64,000 nucleotides of DNA, from assembly GCF_001194135.2 (NCBI RefSeq), contig NC_068982.1, forward strand, positions 45,822,841-45,886,840, in the 5' to 3' direction. The notes beneath the pieces are model-generated. The model was not told where the DNA came from. It saw only the letters and a list, made by a program, of their open reading frames with translations, and searched no databases. Position numbers and translations under genes: made by a program. The stretch is from Octopus bimaculoides (lineage: Eukaryota). Every line of letters starts with the position of its first letter. Positions within the stretch are counted from its first letter, which is position 1. This document shows, piece by piece, positions 40,752 through 53,214 of this stretch.

Positions 40752-40897
40752 NNNNNNNNNNNNNNNNNNNNNNNNNNNNNNNNNNNNNNNNNNNNNNNNN
40801 NNNNNNNNNNNNNNNNNNNNNNNNNNNNNNNNNNNNNNNNNNNNNNNNNNNNNNNNNNNNNNNNNNNNNNNNNNNNNNNNNNNNNNNNATTTATATA

Positions 40898-41116
40898 CGA
40901 GCGAGGGGGTACTGAAAAGTTCCTGGCTTGGTGTAAAAGAAAATACAGAGGACTAGTTAATTATGGATTTATTCAACATATTTCCCTCTCAGATTCAGAC
41001 ACTTATTGCAGCATTCCTCCAGTTTCTCTACGTCTTGTAAAAGAACTCGGAAGGTTGGGCCTCCAAGCAGGCCTTTTGCGGTATTCTTAGAGCCAGGAAC
41101 TTTTCAGCACCCCTTG
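40898..41116. mobile_element. Tc1/mariner-type MITE with ~27-bp TIRs and TA flanks
   Basis: Left TA|cgag(cgag)ggggtactgaaaagttcctggct; right agccaggaacttttcagcaccccttg|TA. Confidence 0.85.
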
Positions 41117-42639
41117 TAATAGGGTTAACATGACAGTATTGATGCTTGAATGTAAACTAGCATTAGAGGCTACAGCGAAATATAAGAACTACTGTCGTGT
41201 TACATATACTGAGCAGTTTTCAAAATCTTCTAAAAGTATAATCGGTGGAGTTCATGGGTGTGAAAACTCATTGGGGTTTTTGGACGTTTGGATTCGGTCC
41301 TAGATACTAAAACAGCGATACTATAATATGTACTGCAATATGATGCTTTGCCAGAAAGACTTGAAATCGTTCCGTGGACGACATACAACACCACTAATTA
41401 AATTTTTTTTGAGTCTCTGACATTCATTCATTGAATTCTGGGGATACATTTACATATGTAACTAAAAACCATATTGAATCACTAATCGACGTGACATTGG
41501 TATTCGTCACACAGTTAACCTCTTATTTAATCGAGTTTAGCGTTATGGCTTTCCTAATGATGGAGTTCAGCAATTACTTAAATGTATTACGTCCGTTTAC
41601 CGTTTGTAATAAATAACGATGGATTTGAGTAATTTCACTTAGAAGTTAGGGAAAATTTGCATGTTTCTTTTGATGTTGGAATCAACATTCATGTTCATTC
41701 CGTTTAATGTTTCTCCATTTCTGAATATATTTCTTATTAGAGAATTCCTTCACCTGCTTATTGGCATCGTTATTATTTTCTTCTTTGAAAAAAATGTCAT
41801 TATTATATAATTTTTCCTTATGAGACTCAATTCATTACTATTTGTAGACAATTCCATCAAAAGCACGCTGCTTCCCAACGCGCTATTTCTTCATGAAAAT
41901 CTTGTACATCAGAAGGAAATCCTTCGAAATTATTTGTACCTTGTCACGGTTAATATTTGCACATTGCCAACATGTTGCTTGAACTTATTTTCTCCTAGCC
42001 ATAGTGACTATTAATCAACAACATTTTTGATATTGCATTTCCTTCAGAAGTCAGCTAAAGAAACTGCATTGTTACTTATTTGAGCAAGTGGCGCAGCAAA
42101 ATGTTTACGCATGCCATATACATGTGAACATTTATGTGATTATTCCTTCGTTCGTTGATTGTAATATGGCTGTCGTATTTGGCGCTAAGTTCATAACTTG
42201 CATTTTCATGCTAATAATTGCTAGTAGCTTAACGACTATGGACTTTACTTAAACTCAGTAATTCTTCAAATATAATATTATATGATTTGTAATAGTTTTC
42301 AACGACTGGACAAAAATATATAGAAGATCGTTCTTCAAAAAGAGATTTGCTCACCAACGATGTATCATTATTAGCACACCAAAATACCGGAAGTGAACGA
42401 TAGGTAATAACCTTTTAGCAAATGAAAATTTGCTGCACACTATGCAACAATTAGGTTTAAATTGAAATTTCAGTCTGCATTTTCTCTTAACAAAAAGAGT
42501 CAAATGGTCATTAGAGACTTTAAATCTGGTTGAGATTTGTCACTTTGAAAGCATTCTTTTCAGATATAATCCAGTTTCGACCATGTTAAATATTTGTAAC
42601 CATGACTCCAAAGCATGATCCATTGAAAGTGATGGTTGT

Positions 42640-42990
42640 AGATCAAAGGAAAGGAATTTTACGACTGAAATTACGATGCGAATAATAAAGCGATCGGAGA
42701 GAGGTGAAAGGCCAAAGAATATATTAAATACGGCAAACCATAGTCGATCAACGGTCGAGACAATTTTAAGGGACAAAGTGAGATTAAAGGAGCATGTAAA
42801 ATGCATTGTCCCAATAAAATATACAATTATCTGTAAGCAACATGGTGGTTTAATTATTGAAATAGAATGCCTGACGGTAATTTGGTTAGAGGATCAAAAT
42901 CAGTGTAAAACGCCTATTAATTGCGATTTAGTAGAAATGAATGTTCGGAAGTTTTCGTTAATTTAAAAGCTACACGCGCATCAAATCAGA
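42640..42990 (+). mobile_element. pogo/Tigger transposase N-terminal (CENP-B-type HTH) fragment
   Basis: MRIIKRSERGERPKNILNTANHSRSTVETILRDKVRLKEHVK...GGLIIEIECLTVIWLEDQNQ resembles the Tigger1/TIGD1-type N-terminus. Broken by frameshift or stop. Confidence 0.8.
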
Positions 42991-43060
42991 GAGAGAGTGT
43001 TCATGAAGGATTTGTCTCTTTAAAGAGATGATAAATGTATACAATATTAAAGATTATGGT

Positions 43061-43283
43061 AAGGCGGCGAGCTGGCAGAATCGTTATAGCGACGAAGGAA
43101 ATGCTTAGCAGCGTTTCTTCTCATTTTATGTTCTGAGTTCAAATACAGCCGAGGTCGACTTGGCCTTTCGTCCTTTCGAGGAGGTCAATAAAATAAGTAC
43201 CAGTTGAGCACTGGGTTCGATGTAATCGTTAAACTACCCCACATCCACTGAAATTGCGGCTCTTGTATCAAAATTTGAAACCA
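43061..43283 (+). mobile_element. SINE family B
   Basis: aaggcggcgagctggcagaatcgtt...gagttcaaatacagccgaggtcgacttggcctttcgtcctttcgag...aaataagtaccagttgagcactggg. Confidence 0.9.
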
Positions 43284-44667
43284 CAATAAATGTCCATGGT
43301 GAAGCATTGAAAGAGCTGTCTTGAAATGGTGTAAACTTCATTCAAGAGAGAAAGTATTTGGCATAGCAAAAATTTAACGTACATGGTACTGAATTATTTT
43401 AAACGATAGGACTCGAGGCAACACCACGTTATGACTTGATGCATTGACATAACAAAATATATTTTCCGACTTCATAATGGAATTCTGAATGAAGATTAGT
43501 TTATTTATAAAGACGCAGTGAAAGTTTTGCTATCGTTTTCAATGTTAGATCACAAATGGAACATACATTTTCGCCTTTGTTGTTTGATTACACATAGGCT
43601 CGATTACGTTTCAATCGCAAAATCTGAATTGCGTATATCTATATCTATCTATATATATATATACATATATAAATATGTGTATTGGAATGTGAGTATATTT
43701 ATAAATGTATATATTTATATATATATATATGTATATATATGTATATGTATATGNNNNNNNNNNNNNNNNNNNNNNNNNNNNNNNNNNNNNNNNNNNNNNN
43801 NNNNNNNNNNNNNNNNNNNNNNNNNNNNNNNNNNNNNNNNNNNNNNNNNNNNNNNNNNNNNNNNNNNNNNNNNNNNNNNNNNNNNNNNNNNNNNNNNNNN
43901 NNNNNNNNNNNNNNNNNNNNNNNNNNNNNNNNNNNNNNNNNNNNNNNNNNNNNNNNNNNNNNNNNNNNNNNNNNNNNATATATACATAAATATATATATA
44001 TATATACATGTATATATGTGTGTGTGTGTGTGTGTACACAAATGTTTGCATGTTTGTAGTATATGTGTATATTCTTATTTCTATCCTGTAATACCATTGG
44101 CAGTTTTGAAATTAGTTTTTCTGTTCACAGTTGTGTTCTTAACTCATTTCTTTTGCTAAATCCAATTAATCTTCTATCATTTACTTTCACAACGCTAAAT
44201 GATGCAGCTAAGATAATCCACTAGAAAAGGGTTTTCCATTTCCCTGAAACTTGCACATTGTTCATGTGGAAACTACTCATAGCTCAATAAAATTGGATCA
44301 GCTTGAAACTGTGCAATTTTACATGCACTATATTTGGCATCCTTTGATAAAATGTGCAGTTAAGATAACGAATTCATAAAAGTGTGACACTCTAGATCCA
44401 TAAACATATATTCTTTTACTTGTTTCAGTCATTTGACTGCAGCCATGCTCGAGGACCGCCTTTAGTCGAACAAATCAACCCCAGGACTTATTCTTTGTAA
44501 TCCTAGTACTTATTTCCTCGGGTACTTTTGCCTAACCTTTAAGTCACGGGGACGTATTCACCAACATCGGTTAAGCGATGGTGGAGGCACAAACACAGAC
44601 ACACAAATACAAACACACACACAAACACACACACACACACACACATACACACACATATACACACACA

Positions 44668-44860
44668 GTTGAAATTTACAGAAAAAAAGACGAAGACAGG
44701 TGTATAAGCAACAAGCAGGTGTATAAATTTTTTGACCCTCGAGAAGGTGAGAAAGTCTTTTACGTTTCGAGCCTACGCTCTTCAACAGAAAGGAACACAA
44801 TGAAAACAGAGAGAGGGAGAGAGAATAAAAAACTTGTAGATTTAGTGGTCAATCATGGCG
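44668..44860 (-). mobile_element. Penelope-like pLTR fragment (family 2) nested in SINE A
   Basis: Reverse complement is homologous to 6224-6415 and carries a hammerhead-like motif. Confidence 0.65.
44757..44792 (-). ncRNA. Minimal type I hammerhead motif with A6 to U core variant
   Basis: Minus: CTTT-CTGTTGA-A-GAGC gtag GCTC-GAAAC-GTA-AAAG. All stems pair; ACGT palindrome replaces stem III; GUA triplet. Confidence 0.6.
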
Positions 44861-46175
44861 GATGGGCTTCTTTCAGTTTCTATCTATCAAATCCACCCAC
44901 AAAGCTTTGGTCGGCCCGAGGTTAAGGTAGAAGACATTTGTCTGAAGTGCCTCGCAGTGGGACTAAAACCGAACCATGTGGTTGGGAAGCAAGCTTCTTA
45001 CTACACAGCCACTCCTCTGTCTGTATATGTGCGATTATCTGTATGAGCTTACATATGTGTGCTTGTCTCTGTGTGTATCTACACATTTTCTTCCTATTTT
45101 GAGTTGGTAGTCAAAAACCTGTTCTGAACAGGTCCTCTGACATGTAAGTTATATTGGATGTTATCGGTTCAAGTACTCTTTTTAACCGACCTAGCGAGAA
45201 AAACGCAGATGTATTTTGGGGGCTTTTCAACGCAGGGCTTAAAAGTGCCACTGACCCAAGTTATCATTACGCGTTTCGATGCATGATTTACTACTGTAAT
45301 CTTCCCCATATGCTTCTGTGTGTGTCTGTGTGTCTGTGTGTATGCGTGTGTGTCTGTCTCTATGTGTGTGTATATGTGTGTTATCACAGTATCAAACGGA
45401 CTAAGGATGTTGTACACCGCTGGTTAACAATGCACTTTCTCGCATTATCATAGTTTCAGAAAGATTCCTCCCCACTAGCTAGTCGGACAGGTCATGATTT
45501 GCCCTGAACATGTCAGCAGTCGGTCGCAGGGTTACCCATTTACAGGTGAATGAACTGGAGCAGTGTCACATGAAGTGCTGAAAAACTCTACATGTATTGA
45601 AGACTTCATTCCCTCTAGACGGAGCAATGCACTTGTACACACACACACACACACACANNNNNNNNNNNNNNNNNNNNNNNNNNNNNNNNNNNNNNNNNNN
45701 NNNNNNNNNNNNNNNNNNNNNNNNNNNNNNNNNNNNNNNNNNNNNNNNNNNNNNNNNNNNNNNNNNNNNNNNNNNNNNNNNNNNNNNNNNNNNNNNNNNN
45801 NNNNNNNNNNNNNNNNNNNNNNNNNNNNNNNNNNNNNNNNNNNNNNNNNNNNNNNNNNNNNNNNNNNNNNNNNNNNNNNNNNNNNNNNNNNNNNNNNNNN
45901 NNNNNNNNNNNNNNNNNNNNNNNNNNNNNNNNNNNNNNNNNNNNNNNNNNNNNNNNNNNNNNNNNNNNNNNNNNNNNNNNNNNNNNNNNNNNNNNNNNNN
46001 NNNNNNNNNNNNNNNNNNNNNNNTGAGTATATGCATATATACATACATGTATGTACATAAACATGTATGTACATAAACAGAGCACAGAAAGCAAACATGC
46101 CACATAGAGAACATTTCCTTCATCAGCTGCCCCTATTCTAAACTAAGCGTTTCGAAGAGTTAGGGCAACCTGAAA

Positions 46176-46212
<37 letters not shown>

Positions 46213-46479
46213 AGAAAAGATAATTATTACAGAATTTCATTGAAAACAAAGATGGTACTGCTTAGAAGATTTATGGTTAGGTGATATAAGGGATGCAAAG
46301 TGATTTATTCAGTATTTAATTTGAATTTAGAACAATTACATTCATAATTAACCTATTATTGACTATTAAAAGGAAAGCAACGTTAGTTGAAGAGCGTTAA
46401 AGCAAGTACGCTGGATGCCATTGTTTTCTGCAAGATTATGACCTTTCGCGTTAGACAACGTTCTGTAAATACACTAGGC

Positions 46480-46787
46480 TTATGGTTAGGGTATTCGACT
46501 CATGATCGTAAGGTCGTGAGTTCGATTTTCGGCAGTGTGTTGTACCCTTGAACAAACGACCTTAATTCACTTTGCTCCAATCCACTCAGATAGCAAAAAT
46601 GAGTGTTATCCGCGTTTGAGTGCAGCAGATTTGTCATATTCTCCGTCTTAGTGAATCACCCTGAGAACCACGTTAAGGGTACGCATGTCTGTAGAGTGAT
46701 CAACTGCTTGCACGTTAATTTCACGAGCAGGTTGATACGTTGATAGGATCAACTGGAAACCTCGCCGTCGTAAACGACGGAGTGTCA
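46480..46787 (+). mobile_element. SINE family C
   Basis: ggcttatggttagggtattcgactcatgatcgtaaggtcgtgagttcgatt...aatttcacgagcagg...cgccgtcgtaaacgacggagtg. Confidence 0.85.
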
Positions 46788-47730
46788 AACTTCGTCCTAG
46801 CTGTGGAAACGATATCTAATACACACAAAGTCATTTTTCCCAAGTTCAACTCTATCTCTTGTACAAGTTATTAATCTCATGCTTTATTCAGCGATATGTG
46901 ATAGGGAATATGAAAGTGCTAACATTCGAATATAAACTGGCATCAGAGGTTATAATGAAACGGAAGAAAAACTATTGAGATATACGCGTAAAGACGTTAT
47001 TCAAAATCCAATTCAAATATTTGTCAGTGTTACCGTTGCTATTAATGCGATCACTTTTGTCGTACTTATGTAAAAATGCAGGTTTGGAGTTTGCTGAATG
47101 ATGCATATGCATTGGTTTATAAAATATCTGCTGGAATTTCCTCTACATAAAAGTGTCAAATAATCTTTACAAATTTTATAACCGGTTTGATTTATTCATT
47201 TATTTATTCATTTATTTTTTTCCTTCGCTGAAATATTTTCTTGGTGGCATTCTCTACTAAATGAAATATAATAAAATAAAAAAAGAAATAAAATAATATA
47301 AATTTCTAGTTTGAGTTTTTCTGAATTATTTGCTTTGAAGAAGTAGGATGTTTTCCCGCAGTTTCTTCAACAACACTGACTGTTTCTCCGTTAATGTTTA
47401 CATTATGTAACTGTAGTCAATGCCTAAGCTGTCCATATCAGCCAACACATTAAATGCCTTGATTGTCACTATTTTTTCACTTATAGACACAGACACACAG
47501 ACACACACACAATGATAAGGAAAGGTAAGATGCAAGGATCCAAGTGTAGGAAGTTAATAAGCATCGAGCAGCCTATAGAAGGTATAAAAAGCAACTTTCA
47601 GAAATAATAATGGTTTATTGGCATAGGAGGTTGTAAAGTTTTTCCCATATCGAAGTTCGATGAGCTGAAAAAAAGTTATTTTATTTGTACAAGGTTAGCA
47701 ACTGGGGTTGCTATGTATTCTCTCTTTGTC

Positions 47731-48128
47731 TTTTACTTGTTTCAGTCAATTGACTGCGGCCATGCTGGAGCACCCACTTTAGTCGAGCAAATCGACCTCA
47801 GGACTTATTCTTTGTAAGCCTAGTACTTATTCTATCGGTCTCTTTTGCTGAACCGCTAGTTACGGGGCCGTAAACACACCAGCATCGGTTGTCAAGCGAT
47901 GTTGGGGAGACAAACACGGACACACAAACACACACACACACACATACATACATATATATACATATATACGACGGGCTTCTTTCAGTTTCCGTCTACCAAA
48001 TCCACTCACAAGACTTTGGTCGGCCCGAGGCTATAGTAGAAGATACTTACTCAAGGTGCCACGCAGTAGGAACGAACCCGGAATCATGTGGTTGGTAAGC
48101 AAGCTACTTACCACACAGCTACTTCTGC
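47731..48128 (-). mobile_element. SINE family A, near full length
   Basis: Same sequence as 14551-14957, including cgacgggcttctttcagtttccgtctaccaaatccactcacaag. A degraded further copy lies at ~48470-48775. Confidence 0.92.
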
Positions 48129-48149
48129 GAATAAAAATCCCAAAAAAGA

Positions 48150-48462
48150 GAGAATGGCGCAGGTAAAATCCAGGATACATATGTTCCCTAGTTTGCAGAA
48201 CCTTGGAAGTAATAAATACTCAACGAGAGGTACTCCACTAGCTACTCATCAGGCCGAATATACCTTAGTTAAATGAAGGTTACAATGTCACCAAGGGATT
48301 TTCTATCAAATCTCCTGTAAATAATGTAACCTTCATTTAGCTAAGATATCTTCAACCTGAGGAGTAGCTAGTGGAATACCCCTCGTTGAACAATTACGAC
48401 TTCCGATGTTCTGCAAATTAGGAAACATATGCAGTCTGGATTTTACCTGCTCCATTCCCTAT
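48150..48462. repeat. ~310-bp imperfect palindrome with hammerhead-like motifs in both arms
   Basis: gcaggtaaaatccagga/tctggattttacctgc; catatgttccctagtttgcagaac/gttctgcaaattaggaaacatatg; ctagctactcatcagg/cctgaggagtagctag; aaatgaaggttaca/tgtaaccttcattt. Spacer about 41 nt. Confidence 0.88.
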
Positions 48463-49869
48463 ATTTGTGCTTGATTCAGTTATTAGACTGCGACCATGAT
48501 GGAACGCTACCTTGAAAGGTTTAGTTGAACAAATCGGTTCTTGCATTCAGTTTTAAAAGCCTTATTTTAGTTATTTTATCTTCTCTATTTACGAACCGTT
48601 ATGTTACAGAAACGTAATCAAACTAACACCGGTTGTCAAGCGGTGAGAAGACATACACACACATACATGTTTCCATCTACCAAATTCACTCCCAAGGCTT
48701 TGGTTGGCCCGAAGTTATAGTAGAAGACACTTGCCCAAGGTCCGGCATAGTGGGACTAAACCCGAAACCACATAGTTACAAAGCGCAAAGATTTTGCTTT
48801 AATTGTAGCACTGGATAGAGGAATAAGCCTTCTTTCATTACAATTCTTACATACAGCACGAATACATCCCTTTTCTATCATTTAAAGGTTTACTTCTCTT
48901 ATCGCTTTTTAGAATCCACATAAAGATGGCGCTAATTTATCTTTTTCTCTTTTACTTTAGTTGCATGTTATATTATAGTTCATACAGTGGATTCACGCAT
49001 GACCAGCTTTCTGTCAACTTTAGAATTACTATCGTTGGACGCATTGCATTCTACCACTTCGAATTGAGACTCTAATGTAATATTAAGGCACTTCTTGCAG
49101 CAAAATTATTTGTTGTACAAGTATTTTTTTTTCCTTATCTGCTTTCCTATTTCTGGAAGAAACGGTTATATAAATCCACAATAGCAGTTGTTTTTGAAAA
49201 TTCATAAATAACTAGTCATTTATCGCAGGATGACAGCGAATGGAAATTAGCCTGATGAGTCATCGGATCACATGAAGCGATGAGATTTTTATTTTCACCT
49301 TCACCAAACACCAAAAAAGAAAAGCCAAGAAAAAGAAAAAAGCGGACGAATTCGAAAAGGCATGGAATATTTCACAAATTGGGATTTATATGTATGCCTG
49401 TGTACAAGTATGTANNNNNNNNNNNNNNNNNNNNNNNNNNNNNNNNNNNNNNNNNNNNNNNNNNNNNNNNNNNNNNNNNNNNNNNNNNNNNNNNNNNNNN
49501 NNNNNNNNNNNNNNNNNNNNNNNNNNNNNNNNNNNNNNNNNNNNNNNNNNNNNNNNNNNNNNNNNNNNNNNNNNNNNNNNNNNNNNNNNNNNNNNNNNNN
49601 NNNNNNNNNNNNNNNNNNNNNNNNNNNNNNNNNNNNNNNNNNNNNNNNNNNNNNNNNNNNNNNNNNNNNNNNNNNNNNNNNNNNNNNNNNNNNNNNNNNN
49701 NNNNNNNNNNNNNNNNNNNNNNNNNNNNNNNNNNNNNNNNNNNNNNNNNNNNNNNNNNNNNNNNNNNNNNNNNNNNNNNNNNNNNNNNNNNNNNNNNNNN
49801 NNNNNNNNNNNNNNNNNNNNNNNNNNNNNNNNNNNNNNNNNNNNNNNNNNNNNNNNNNNNNNNNNNNNN

Positions 49870-49901
<32 letters not shown>

Positions 49902-50696
49902 TTGCACTGATTTATTAGTGTATTATATTTAGTTTTTAAAGTAGTGTTTTCCTTCTCATTTATGTATATGTCTTGCTGCCTACGGACCCTCACGTGTCGT
50001 TGTCCGTGTTTAGCCTTATAATTAAATGCAATGAATAAATAATTAAATGAACAATCCCTCTGAGGTCAAGTTGTTATTCATCTTCTCGTCATGGATAAAA
50101 TGAAGTACATGTCAGGTACTGAGGCCTACAATATGAACCCTTCCTGTATCACCAAATTTCTCGCCTTGTGCCTCTGTGAGAAGCAATTCATTTGTGGTGG
50201 TTTGGCAGAATCGTTAGAACGTCAGAAGAATAAAAAATAATAATGGCTTGCCGTATTTCTTCTAATTCTTTGCGACCTAAGTTCAAATCTAGCCGAGGTC
50301 AACTTCATATTTACTTTTACATCCTCTGGAGGTCGAATCAAACTTATCAAATCGACTTTTTCCGACATTTTACGATCTGAATTTAAATCACGCCGGTCAA
50401 CTTTACCTATGTTAGCGTGGCTGTGAAGTTAAGAAGCTTTCTTCCCTATCATGTTGTCTTGGGTTCAGGTCCACTGCGTAGTATCTCGGGCAAGGCTCTT
50501 CGTCAATAGAAGAAGGTTCGGTAAAAGAGTCAGATATAATAAATACAAGTCTTGAAAAAAGTTAGTACTGCGGTCGATGTGTTCGACTAAGCTCTTCAAG
50601 ACGGTGTCCCAGCATAGCTGCTGTCCAGCGACCGAAACAAGAAAAATGTAAATGATATTATTATTATAATTTAATATTTAATGTACTATTCTTACT

Positions 50697-50980
50697 GCAA
50701 GGCAGCGAGCTGGCACGCCGGACGAAATGCTTGGCGGTATTTCGTCTGTCTTTACGTTCTGAGTTCAAATTCCACAAAGGCAGAAACGTTAGCACGCCAG
50801 GCGAAATGTTTAGCAGTATTTCGTCTGTTTTCACGTTCTGAGTTCAAATTCATCCGAGGTCGACTTTGCCTTTCATCCTTTCGGGGTCGATAAATCAACT
50901 ACCAGTTGCGCACTGGGGTCGATCTAATCGGCTGGCCCCTCCCTCAAAATTTCGGGTCTTGTGCCTAGAGTAGAAAAGAA
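50697..50980 (+). mobile_element. SINE family B with duplicated tRNA head
   Basis: gcacgcc.g.cgaaatg.tt.gc.gtatttcgtctgt...acgttctgagttcaaatt occurs twice in tandem before the gaggtcgactttgcctttcatcc body. Confidence 0.85.
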
Positions 50981-53214
50981 TATACTATTCCTATTACAGT
51001 CTAGTATTTGATACACTAATTTACTTTGTGACTATTTAGCCCAAGTAGGCGTGTCATTCTTATTGTCAAATCTAGAACTAAATTATCTTATGTCTACTTG
51101 TATTTCAAAACGGCAAGATCAAATATGGGAGATATTTTGTTGTTCTTTTATCAAGTCGTGTGAATAAATTTTTCTTAACTACACCGAGTAACTCAGTTTC
51201 TTTCAAAAATTCGATTCATTAATGGGCTAGTTGTGTTATTTGTTCATACGTTTAATCCTGCAAAGCTAAACATAATGAATACTCGACGTTGTATTGTATT
51301 ATGTGTTTGTGTCTGCGCGAGAGGGTGAGATAGCTAGATACGTAGAGAGAGAGAGGTGAGAGAGGAAGAGAGAGAGAGAAAGAGAAACAGAGAGTTAAAA
51401 AGAAATACAGAGAAAACTTTTAATACTAAAGAAGCGTGTCATACGGTTTGCGCAACAGAACCATTCGGTTCAGCAAACTTGTGTATGTTCTATAAAACTA
51501 CAAAATACCAACTGCGCTTTCTGTATTTCATATTATTATATAACATGGCTCTAACTCTGCACACTTGCTTCTCCAACAATATGATGCTTAACTTCAGGCT
51601 GTGTGGAATATAGAAATGAAGTGTATAACTGTTCGCAGGGCCCAAAATTTTGGTAAGGTGTCGTACTCGCCAACAGAGTTTTAAATTGTACACACACACA
51701 CACAGACGCACGCACGCACACACACAGACGTGCGCATGCACACACACACACACACACACAGACGTGCCATGTACACACACACGCACACACACATACACAC
51801 AGAAGTGTGCACGCACATAAATGACGTAAAGATAAAAAAAATGAAATTCGATACTTCGTTCACAATAAAAACGTAATTATGTGATGGATATTGAAAATGC
51901 TCATGCATATAATGGCATTGCTTGCCCTTTCAATCCATGATCGAACCGAGGGAGCTCCATTGTGATGAATGGTATGGTTTAGACATCTAAAGATGGCGGA
52001 GATCCTTCTTTTCAATTTCCAACCAAACTCGGTTTCTTCTTGACAGGAAAAAAAAAAAGGAGAATCGATCCCGGTATTGGGTTGATAATTTATTTATCGA
52101 TTAGGAAACGATCAAAAGCAATGCTGACCTCGGCAGGATTTAAAATATGAGGGAAGATTGTCAGAATAAATACTGCAGATATCCGACGTTTTAACAACTC
52201 TGCCAATACGCCACCTTTGCTAACTTGTCAGAAATTCGAAAGGAAATATATATATATATANNNNNNNNNNNNNNNNNNNNNNNNNNNNNNNNNNNNNNNN
52301 NNNNNNNNNNNNNNNNNNNNNNNNNNNNNNNNNNNNNNNNNNNNNNNNNNNNNNNNNNNNNNNNNNNNNNNNNNNNNNNNNNNNNNNNNNNNNNNNNNNN
52401 NNNNNNNNNNNNNNNNNNNNNNNNNNNNNNNNNNNNNNNNNNNNNNNNNNNNNNNNNNNNNNNNNNNNNNTATATATATTCGTTCGATCCATAAAGCTTG
52501 CTACATCAATATAATGATACACACTTTCCAAGTATTGGCAAAAAAAGTATAGGCAAGTTGTCATCGTGGCTGGCGGCTGTGTCGAATGACTCTTTCTGCC
52601 TTAACTGATCGAGCGGTTCTTTGAAGGAATGTATTTCAGATTTCCCTCTCCAGTAGTTTTGGTGAATTTAGTACGAAATGATGTCATTGTTTTTTTTTCT
52701 TTTTGGATATGTTAGGCTGATTTGAGTGTAACTTGGTTGCTATTTTCACCAGCGCAAATTACATTTTGTTGTTTGTTTACAACTCGTTACTTGTCATTTG
52801 TTACGAAAAGCATTCCACTTGTGACCGTCCTGTCTTTTTAGAAATATCCAACACATGACCTAATGTGTTTTTTCCTTTCTAATGTGAGATGTGATTTAGT
52901 TTTGGCTGGACGAACGATGACTAGACGAAACTTCCTTTGCAGATAACCAAGTTCCGTTTCATGTGAATTTGCTTTTCTACTGCTCATCAGCCACTATATT
53001 CCCTTTATTTATTAAAGCATCCTTTAAATCTTAAGGTTATATAAACTCTCATGACGTCCTAAATGGAAAAAAAAACCCGTATCAAATAGACAAAATGCAC
53101 ACATCAAAATGAACTAATACTTTCCGTCGTTCCTACACAAAGTTTAGTTTCCAAATTAGCCTATATGTTTCAAAAGGTTTTCATTAGAATTTAGCGAAAG
53201 AATACTGTTTATAT

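Larger units (their letters stand above)
44413..45015 (-). mobile_element. SINE family A interrupted by a PLE-like fragment
   Basis: The family A 3' half (44413-44665) and 5' half (44861-45015) flank a foreign segment at the internal microsatellite. Confidence 0.88.

Noticed and set aside
46105-46165. Minus-strand GAAACGC ... CTGATGA motif pair
   Set aside because: Order and stems do not fit a type I hammerhead and helix pairing is poor.
49245-49290. cCTGATGAgtcatcg...cgatgag hairpin
   Set aside because: Core 5' half and a stem II-like hairpin are present, but GAAA does not follow.
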